A DNA stretch of 63,727 nt, filler included, from Deltaproteobacteria bacterium (GTDB taxonomy: Bacteria > Myxococcota > JACRCW01), in NCBI GenBank assembly GCA_016218805.1. It is 4 parts of 4 records of this genome, joined end to end, with 100 filler letters (N's around TTAATTAATTAA, not from the genome) between each part and the next. Parts side by side here need not be neighbours in the genome. Positions count along the whole stretch, not along the records: positions 20,876 to 38,035 come from JACRCW010000162.1; 3 more parts are not named here. The stretch is one strand, 5' to 3'. The notes beneath the pieces are model-generated. The model saw nothing but the letters and a program-made list of their open reading frames with translations. It did no database searches and was not told the DNA's origin. A program made the translations under genes and the position numbers. This document shows, piece by piece, positions 21,599 to 29,240 of the stretch (position 1 is its first letter; each line of letters opens with the position of its first letter).

Positions 21599-22750
21599 AT
21601 GGTACCGGTTGCACCCATCGTGGCTACGACCCCGGAAGCCCTCGCCCACGAGAAGATCGACGCCTCGCTCACGCAAGCAGGCTGGGTCGTGCAGGACCTG
21701 GAGGACATGAACCTGGGTGCCGCGCAGGGCGTGGCCATTCGGGAGTTCCACACCAACGTGGGGCCTTGCGACTACCTTCTGTTCGTGGACGGGCAGGCGG
21801 TTGGCGTGGTGGAGGCCAAGAAGGCCGGGGTGTCCTTGGTCGGGGTGGAGCCGCAGACGGCGGACTACGCCAAGCACGTCCCCAAGGGCCTCCAGGTCCC
21901 CGTCCGCCCGCTCCCCTTCCTGTACGAGTCCACCGGCACGGACACGCGCTTCACCAACCGGTTGGAGCCCGTCCCCCGGAGCCGCGGCGTGTTCAACATC
22001 CATCAGCCCGCCACGCTGGCGCGGTGGCTGCGCGCGGAGCTGGACCGCCGTGACGGTAAACCCAACGCGCCCGTGGCCCCCACGCTCATTGGCCGCATGA
22101 AGCTGGCCCCCGAGGTGAACACCGCCGGGATGTGGCCCGCGCAAATCCAGGCCGTGAAGAACCTGGAGGAGTCCATCAAGGCGGCTCGTCCACGCGCGCT
22201 GGTGCAGATGGCCACCGGGTCCGGCAAGACCTACACCACCATCTCTGCCGTCTACCGGCTCATCAAACACGGTGGCGCCGAGCGCGTGCTGTTCCTCGTC
22301 GACCGGGGGAACCTGGGGCGGCAGGCCCTCAAGGAGTTCCAGGCGTACACAACGCCCGACGACGGCCGGAAGTTCACCAAGCTCTACAACGTCACGCACC
22401 TGCACTCGAACAAGATCGACCCGGTCAACCGCGTCGTCATCACCACCATCCAGCGGCTGTACTCAATCCTCAAGGGCGAGCCGGAGTTCGACGAGGACAC
22501 CGAGGAGCGGTCGGACTTCGCCACCAGCAGCCTCATCCGTGAACCACCGCCCGTGGTGTACAGCCAGTACATCCCGCCGGAGTTCGTTGACGTGCTCGTC
22601 ACCGACGAGTGCCACCGGTCCATCTACACGCTGTGGCGCCAGGTGCTGGAGTACTTCGACGCGTCCATGATCGGCCTGACGGCCACACCCGCGAAGCGCA
22701 CGTTCGCGTTCTTCAACAAGAACCTCGTCCGCTCCGGCGTCGACGGTTGA
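21599..22750 (+). pseudogene. hsdR: Type I restriction enzyme R subunit (EcoEI-like), N-terminal fragment only
   Basis: DYLLFVDGQAVGVVEAKK nuclease motif, MATGSGKT, VLFLVDR, DECHRSIY, GLTATP. It stops right after FFNKNLV, so helicase motifs IV-VI are missing, and no hsdM/hsdS is nearby. Confidence 0.88.
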
Positions 22751-22894
22751 GCCGTCCGTGGCGCCGGCATCGGGAGGCTGGGATGCGTCGCGCGGCGCGG
22801 TGCCGGACTGCACCCGCGCCGACGGTTGGCACCCGCCGACCAGCAGAACCGCGAGGGCGCTTCCACAGGCTCCGAGCCGGTTTCGGCCGCTCAC
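22730..22894 (-). pseudogene. N-terminal remnant of a lipoprotein gene colliding with the hsdR fragment
   Basis: AGGAGG RBS, GTG start, LAVLLVGGC lipobox and DAG linker, then the frame reads into antisense hsdR. Confidence 0.5.
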
Positions 22895-23131
22895 CGCGCT
22901 TTCCTCCTGGCTCGCGAACTCGTCGACACCGCGCGGCAGCCGTGCGCGGGATGATGCGCTTCAAGGCTGGCGTTGGGCAAGGAAGCAATGGGAAAGGACC
23001 GTTCAGTTGCACACGCTGAGTCCGCGCCCCCCGTCGACGTCACGGTGTCAAATCAAGCGGCCCGGTCCACCTTGGGGCGCCGGGCATGACGTGGTATTTG
23101 CGGTGTTCCATCTGCCACCCAGGAACCCACC

Positions 23132-23683
23132 GTGACACCTTCGGCCCGCCAACTGGATTACCTGCGGTTCATTGCTGCGTTCGTGAAGCGGCGCGGCTAC
23201 GCCCCCTCATTCGAGGAAATCGGCGGTCACTTCCTGGTCAGCACGCCGTCGGTCAACAACATGATCAAGACGCTGGAGGCGCGCGGGTTCCTGTCGCGGG
23301 TTCCGGGCGCGGCGCGTTCGTTGCGCATCACCATCCCGCTTGATGCCCCCCAAGAGCCCGCGGCGGCCAAGGGCAAGCAGCGAGTGGTCAGTCCGCCGCC
23401 GGGTGACCCCGTCGTGGCCGGGTTGCTGCGGTTCGCCACACTGGCCGCTGCGCAGTTGCCACACGCGCTGCGGGCCCACCCGCAGGAGGCGCTGTTTTCT
23501 GCCTTTGACGCGGTGTGCACCGCGCTGGAGCGTCAGTTGACCGCCCTGCGCGTGAAAGAGCCTGAACGAAAGGCCGCCATTGCGGCGTTTGTGACGGCCG
23601 CCAATGCCGCCAACAAGGCGCACCGGCGGCCCGTGCGCGTGCGCTCGCGCGTTTGGGTGAAGCTCAGGGACGCGGACGGGTGA
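23132..23683 (+). CDS. LexA-type winged-HTH DNA-binding protein without a peptidase domain
   Basis: SARQLDYLRFI...GYAPSFEEIG...SVNNMIKTLEARGFLSRVPGAARSL; no S24 Ser/Lys motifs seen. Confidence 0.75.
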   Translation: MTPSARQLDYLRFIAAFVKRRGYAPSFEEIGGHFLVSTPSVNNMIKTLEARGFLSRVPGAARSLRITIPLDAPQEPAAAKGKQRVVSPPPGDPVVAGLLRFATLAAAQLPHALRAHPQEALFSAFDAVCTALERQLTALRVKEPERKAAIAAFVTAANAANKAHRRPVRVRSRVWVKLRDADG

Positions 23684-23913
23684 GCCGCGTGGCGGGCACA
23701 CCCAGGTGGATCCCATCCTGTGGCGGCCCACCGAGTTTCCATTGCAGCGTCGTGACGGGCTTCGGGGGCCGTTCCCGTCGACCACCGGCGAAGCGGTGAA
23801 TCGGCCTCGCGGCACACGGTCCCGCTACCGCTGCGTGACGCCCTCAACTTGAACGCCGGCGTGCGTCGTCAAGCGACACGGTCTATCGTGCGGCGCACTT
23901 CAAAGGGTGCCCC

Positions 23914-24408
23914 ATGCTGAACCCACGCTCGCTCCTTTCCGCTGTTGCCGTCGTTGTCGCGGTGGGATTTTCCGGCGCGCTTGCAGCACGCGCGCAGGAT
24001 CATGAACACGGCGCGGGCCACCCCAAGGACGGCCCGGCAACCGCGGCACTCAAGCTGAACCAGGGCAAGAAGTGGAAGACGGATGATCAGCTCCGCGGCG
24101 GCATGAACACCATCCGCGACGAGCTGCAAAAGGCGCTGGACCCGATCCATGCCGGGACCTATTCGCCGGAGGACTACGCGGCGCTGGCCGGCCGCATTGA
24201 AAACCAGATCACCAACGTCCTTTCCAAGTGCAAGCTGGCGCCTGACGTGGACGCGCAGTTCCACTTGGTGCTGGCGGACATTCTCGCCGGGACCAAGGTG
24301 ATGAAACAGGACGACAACCGGATGGGCGGCGCGGTCAAGATCATCAAGGCGCTGGAGGCGTACGCCAAGTACTTTGAACACACGGGCTGGAAACCGATCA
24401 AACACTGA
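23914..24408 (+). CDS. Secreted His-rich helical protein (DnrO-like)
   Basis: Signal peptide, HEHGAGH, LKLNQGKKWKTD..LRGGM, CKLAPDVDAQFH, YFEHTGW. Confidence 0.65.
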   Translation: MLNPRSLLSAVAVVVAVGFSGALAARAQDHEHGAGHPKDGPATAALKLNQGKKWKTDDQLRGGMNTIRDELQKALDPIHAGTYSPEDYAALAGRIENQITNVLSKCKLAPDVDAQFHLVLADILAGTKVMKQDDNRMGGAVKIIKALEAYAKYFEHTGWKPIKH

Positions 24409-24522
24409 CCGCATCAAGTGCAGGACCGCGAACCGGTGTGTCCTGCGGCCATGCGCGCTCGCTCCACCCTGCTGCGGGTCGTCGGCATCGCGGTGATTCA
24501 GGGATGACCGCGCACCACGGCG

Positions 24523-24915
24523 TCACACCTGGTTCACCAAGCGGGCGGTGACCCCTGCCTGCAACAGGCTGGCGCGCAGCACCCGCGTGCGGTGCAGCGC
24601 TTCCAGCACGCCCTCCGCACCATCCCGCGGCCAGCGCGCCTGCAGCCCCGCCAGCCACCGGCCTACTTCAGCCACCTGCGCCCGCACCGGCGCGGCCGCC
24701 GGGTCCCGCCAGACGCGCCGCAGCGCGGTCAACTGCCGCACAAACGGGAAGGAATGCCGGCTCCAATCCCGGCACCGGGTGTGCTCACCCTGGGGGTGAT
24801 GCGTGACCCACCACGGCTCAATCCCAAAGGGCCGGCCGCATGCACAACACCGTGCCGCCGTGGTCCCCACGCCGGCACCCAACAAGGCTGATCCGTCCTG
24901 GTGTCCCGCCTGCAT
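24523..24915 (-). CDS. Hypothetical protein with a CxxC...HxxC motif
   Basis: CCACG...GEHTRC; start uncertain. Confidence 0.4.
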   Translation of the reverse strand: MQAGHQDGSALLGAGVGTTAARCCACGRPFGIEPWWVTHHPQGEHTRCRDWSRHSFPFVRQLTALRRVWRDPAAAPVRAQVAEVGRWLAGLQARWPRDGAEGVLEALHRTRVLRASLLQAGVTARLVNQV

Positions 24916-25078
24916 GCGCCGGATCCTGCGCACGCGCAACGCTGGCGGGGAAGTCGGATCCGCCTGGTCCGGTTGGATCCGCCGCGCAATCCGCGGCGGT
25001 CGCGCGGATTCGGCACCGTGACCTAGGACGTAATCCGGCGCCGGTGTATGGAGGGCCGACCCAACGGGGAACGGGGCC

Positions 25079-27358
25079 ATGAGCGAGCACGCGGGCGAGG
25101 ACGACGGCTACCGCGCGATCGTCGAGCGATCGCCCGACGCCATCCTGCTGCACGCCCAGGGGCGGGTGCTGTACGTGAACCCGGCGGCGCTGCGGCTGCT
25201 GGGGGCGCAGGAGCCCGCGCAGTTGGTGGGGCGGTCCGTGCTGGAGGTGGTGCACCCGGCCTACCACGCCACCATCAAGGAGCGGATGCGCGCGGGCTAC
25301 GAGGAGAGCAAGGAGGTCCCGCCCATTGTGGAGCGGTTGGTGCGGGTGGATGGGACCCACTTTGAGGCGGAGGTGTACGCGGCGCCGCTGACCTGGCGGG
25401 GCCAGCCGGCGGTGCAGGTGGTGGCGCGTGACATCACGGACCGCCGCCGCGCCGAGGAGGAGCGGCACCGGCTGTTCCAGATGTCCGTGGACCTGCTGCT
25501 GGTGTCCGGGCGCAACGGGCGGGTGCGGCAGCTCAACCCGGCCTGGACGCGCACCCTGGGCTGGACGCTGGACGAGCTGATGGCGCAGCCGCTGATGGCG
25601 TTCATGCACCCGGACGACGTGGAACGCACGCGGGCCCTGGGCGACCAGTTGGAGGAAGGACGCAACCTGGTGGTGTTTGAGAACCGCTACCGCACCCGGG
25701 AGGGGGCCTGGCGGTGGATTTCGTGGAGCGCGGCCCAGGAGGGGGAGGTGATCTTTGCCGTGGGGCGTGACGTCACGGAGCGCCGCGCGGCCCTGGAGGC
25801 GCTGCAGGAGAGCGAATACTTCCTGCGCGAGAGCCAGCGCGTGGCGCGGCTGGGGTCGTTTGTGTTTGACGTGGTGGCGGACCGGTGGACGGCCAGCCCC
25901 GTCCTGGACGAGATCCTGGGCATTGACGCGGCGCACCCGCACACCCTGGCGGGGTGGCTGGCGCTGGTGGCTGACGCCGAGCGCGAGGCGATGCGGGAGT
26001 ATTACGCGGGATTGCTGGCGTCACACGGGCGGTTTGACCGCGAATTCCCGATCCTCCGCCCCCAGGACGGCACGCCGCGCTGGGTGCACTGCAAGGCGGA
26101 GTTCACCGGCGGCGCGGACGGCATGCCGCTGCGGATGGTGGGCACGCTGCAGGACATCACGGACCGCCGGCGGGCGGAGGCGGAGCAGCGCCTGCTCACC
26201 GAGCAACTGCACCAGGCGCAGAAGATGGAGACGGTGGGGCGGCTGGCGGGCGGTGTGGCGCATGACTTCAACAACATCCTGTGCGCCATTGAGGGCTACA
26301 CGGAGATGGCGCTCCAGGAGGCCACCACCGGCCAGGCGCCCCTGGAGGCCCTGCGCATCATCCATGACTCCACGGTCCGGGCCGCCGCGCTCACCCGCCA
26401 GCTGTTGGCCTTCAGCCGGCACCAGCCGATGGCGGCGCGCCCGGTGGCGCTGTCCACCATTGTGGGGGCGGTGGAGGAGCTGCTGCGCCGCAGCGTGGGC
26501 GAGCGGGTGAAGCTGGCTGTGCACATTGACCAGGACGCCACGGTGGTGGCGGACGCCAACCAGCTGGAGAACGCGGTGGTGAACCTGGGGGTCAACGCGC
26601 GGGACGCCATGCCGGAAGGCGGGGTGCTGGAGATCCGCGTGGGCCAGCGCGAGGTGACCTCGCCGCAGACCGACGCCGGGCACGGCACCATCCCACCGGG
26701 AACCTGGGCGTTGATCCGCGTCCGTGACAGCGGCACGGGAATGACGGAAGAGGCGCGGCGGCGGCTGTTTGAACCCTTCTTCACCACCAAGGAGCGGGGC
26801 CAGGGTACGGGCCTGGGCCTGCCGCTGGTCTACGGCGTGGTGCGGCAGCACCAGGGGCACGTCCTGGTGGACACGCAGGCCGGGGTGGGCACCACCGTGG
26901 ACATCCTGTTGCCGCCGGCCTCCGGCCCTGCGCCGGCGGTGGCAGCACCCGCGTCGTCACCGCCCCCGGATGACGAGCTCCGCGGCGGCACGGAAACCAT
27001 CCTGCTGGTGGAGGATGAACCGTCCATCCTCAAGCTTGTGGCGCGTTCGCTGGCGGCCCTGGGCTACCGCGTGTTGTGCGCCGCGGACGGGGCGGAAGCC
27101 CTGGAGGTGTCCCGCGCGGAACCGGGCGCCATTGACCTGCTGCTGTCAGACGTGGTGCTGCCTGGCCGCAGCGGCCCCCAGGTGGCCGCCGAGCTCCGCC
27201 TGGCGCGCCCCGGCCTGCAGGTGGTGTTCATGTCCGGCTACGCGCCCGACGCGCTGGATGACATCCGCCTGGTGCAACCCGCGCTGCTGCTGGAGAAGCC
27301 CATTGGTCCCACCGTGCTGGCCCAGCGCATCCGCGACTGGCTGGACCACGGCCGCTGA
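25079..27358 (+). CDS. Hybrid sensor histidine kinase/response regulator with three PAS domains
   Basis: PAS/PAC repeats, LAGGVAHDFNNIL H-box, NARDAM, FEPFFTTK..GTGLGL, receiver ILLVEDE...LLSDVV. Confidence 0.96.
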   Translation: MSEHAGEDDGYRAIVERSPDAILLHAQGRVLYVNPAALRLLGAQEPAQLVGRSVLEVVHPAYHATIKERMRAGYEESKEVPPIVERLVRVDGTHFEAEVYAAPLTWRGQPAVQVVARDITDRRRAEEERHRLFQMSVDLLLVSGRNGRVRQLNPAWTRTLGWTLDELMAQPLMAFMHPDDVERTRALGDQLEEGRNLVVFENRYRTREGAWRWISWSAAQEGEVIFAVGRDVTERRAALEALQESEYFLRESQRVARLGSFVFDVVADRWTASPVLDEILGIDAAHPHTLAGWLALVADAEREAMREYYAGLLASHGRFDREFPILRPQDGTPRWVHCKAEFTGGADGMPLRMVGTLQDITDRRRAEAEQRLLTEQLHQAQKMETVGRLAGGVAHDFNNILCAIEGYTEMALQEATTGQAPLEALRIIHDSTVRAAALTRQLLAFSRHQPMAARPVALSTIVGAVEELLRRSVGERVKLAVHIDQDATVVADANQLENAVVNLGVNARDAMPEGGVLEIRVGQREVTSPQTDAGHGTIPPGTWALIRVRDSGTGMTEEARRRLFEPFFTTKERGQGTGLGLPLVYGVVRQHQGHVLVDTQAGVGTTVDILLPPASGPAPAVAAPASSPPPDDELRGGTETILLVEDEPSILKLVARSLAALGYRVLCAADGAEALEVSRAEPGAIDLLLSDVVLPGRSGPQVAAELRLARPGLQVVFMSGYAPDALDDIRLVQPALLLEKPIGPTVLAQRIRDWLDHGR

Positions 27359-27383
27359 GTTCCTCCAGCCTCCCAAACATGAT

Positions 27384-27872
27384 TCAGGGGGCGCGCGGCA
27401 GGTCGGCCGCGGTTCCAACACGGCGCATCCGAGCGATGCGTTCATCAAAGTCCGGGTGATTGCCGGGCGTTGAACACAGCTCCGCCATGTCCTTGAGGGA
27501 CCCCTGCAGGATGAGGATGCGGCCATCGCTGAGCGGCTGTGCCACCGCAAGGGTCCGCACGCCCGGGGGCGCCGTCTTGGCGCGGGTGCATCCAAACGCG
27601 GCACGCGTGGTGACAAGGTCCCATTCACTGCGTTGGGCCGCTCCCGCAAGGATCTGCTCCTTCACCTGTGCGCCCAGGACCGCCGCGGCCTTCACCCGCG
27701 CCAGGTCCCGCTCGCGGTCAATGAGGTCCCCGTGGATGATCCACAGGGTGGTCCCAACGACGGATTCGCGGACCGCCGGGGCGGACGGCGGCGCGCCTCC
27801 GTCCGCCGCGCGCGCGGGCACCCAGCCGGCGGTGGCCACCAGCAGCGCCAGCACGAACCGCACCCGTCCCAT
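27384..27872 (-). CDS. Hypothetical secreted protein
   Basis: Signal peptide MGRVRFVLALLVATAGWVPARA and two Cys; starts 2 nt after the upstream stop. Confidence 0.6.
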   Translation of the reverse strand: MGRVRFVLALLVATAGWVPARAADGGAPPSAPAVRESVVGTTLWIIHGDLIDRERDLARVKAAAVLGAQVKEQILAGAAQRSEWDLVTTRAAFGCTRAKTAPPGVRTLAVAQPLSDGRILILQGSLKDMAELCSTPGNHPDFDERIARMRRVGTAADLPRAP

Positions 27873-27874
27873 TC

Positions 27875-29164
27875 TCAGTACACCGCGGCGCGGCGATCGA
27901 CCGACACGCCGTACGCCGGGTCAGCCCGGTCCTCGGTGAGCCGCAGCGCCGCCATGGACCAGTCGGCTTCGTCATCCGTGGGGGGGCGTGCGGTGATGCG
28001 CGTGAGCGTGCCGGCCGGCTGGCCGGGGGCGCGCAGCTCCACGTCCAGGCGGGGCGGGCGCGGAGATTCAGTCAGTTTGACCGTGCCCTCCCAGTTGGCA
28101 TCCGTGGGTTTCATGGCAATTCCCGGCGGCGTGCCCAGGTGAATCTGCGCGCGGCCATCCGCGGGCAGGGAATTGAAGTGTTTTCCACCCACGGACGCGG
28201 TCCAATGCACAAATTCCCCCGTACCGCCCGGGACCGGCAGCCGCGACTGGTGAAAGGTGACGTCCTCACCGGCGGCGAACGCGCCGTAGCCCTTGAGCTG
28301 GGCCACCGCCGCGGCCAGCGAGCCCGGCTTGATGAGCGGGGGCGGGGTGGCACCGTCACCGGGCTTGCTGATGAGGCCCACCCGGAGCGCGAGCCCGCTG
28401 ACGGTCTCCCGCTGGGCGGCGGAGAGGTCCGGGCCGCCCTGCTCCGCGCGCCGGAACGCGTCCACCGCTCCCCGTTCAGCGGGGGACAGCGCCACCCGCC
28501 GCTCGGCGGCGGCCGTCTCCAGGCCCGCGGTGGTGATGAACGTCCCGGGCTCCTCGCCCTGTTCGTTCTTGGCGGCCAGCCGGTAGGTCAGCTGCTGCAG
28601 GTGTTGCACGTCCGTGGGGGTCAGCTTGCCGGATTTGAACGCCGCCAGCGCGCCCTTCTCCTCCGCGGACACCTCCACACCGTTGCCATTGAGCGTCCGT
28701 TCCAGGGCGCGCGCGTTGGACCCGTTCTTGTCCGTCAGGATGAGCGCGCCGGCCACCGCCGCCCCGGCGCACAGCGTGCGGCCGTTGCCCGCCTTGATGG
28801 ACGTGGGATTCACCTGCGGGGCGCTCGCCAGCAGCTTGCGGCGGGCGGCCTGCTGCGCCTCTGCGTTCCCCAGGCGGATGTCCACCCGGTCCGCCGCGGG
28901 GGCAGCGGGAGCGGCCGCCGCGGGCGCCGATGGACCCAGCCGCCCCTGCAGGACCCCGGCGTGGACGTCATGGGCCCGGCTGGCCTGCGCTTCGCTTGCC
29001 GACTGCGCGGTTGCGGTGGCCGCGGGCGCTGCGGGCGCGGGCGCCGTTGGCGCCGTGGGAAGTGCGGCAGGGGCCGGCGCCGGAGGCGGGGCGGACCGCT
29101 CGGCGGGTTTGGCGGCGGTGGCCGCCCGGGCGGCTGGTTTTCCTGCGGGTCCGGAGATGGACAT
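27875..29164 (-). CDS. Hypothetical protein with a Pro/Ala-rich N-terminus and a possible papain-like Cys-His-Asn triad
   Basis: MSISGPAGKP... low-complexity N-terminus; QVNP...TLCAGAAV and HWTASVGGKHFNSLP. Confidence 0.6.
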   Translation of the reverse strand: MSISGPAGKPAARAATAAKPAERSAPPPAPAPAALPTAPTAPAPAAPAATATAQSASEAQASRAHDVHAGVLQGRLGPSAPAAAAPAAPAADRVDIRLGNAEAQQAARRKLLASAPQVNPTSIKAGNGRTLCAGAAVAGALILTDKNGSNARALERTLNGNGVEVSAEEKGALAAFKSGKLTPTDVQHLQQLTYRLAAKNEQGEEPGTFITTAGLETAAAERRVALSPAERGAVDAFRRAEQGGPDLSAAQRETVSGLALRVGLISKPGDGATPPPLIKPGSLAAAVAQLKGYGAFAAGEDVTFHQSRLPVPGGTGEFVHWTASVGGKHFNSLPADGRAQIHLGTPPGIAMKPTDANWEGTVKLTESPRPPRLDVELRAPGQPAGTLTRITARPPTDDEADWSMAALRLTEDRADPAYGVSVDRRAAVY

Positions 29165-29240
29165 CAGGGCTCCATGGCATCGGGGTGGGTTCAGACTGCT
29201 TGCAGCATCTCGCCGCGCCGTGGCGGCGGCAACCTCACGC

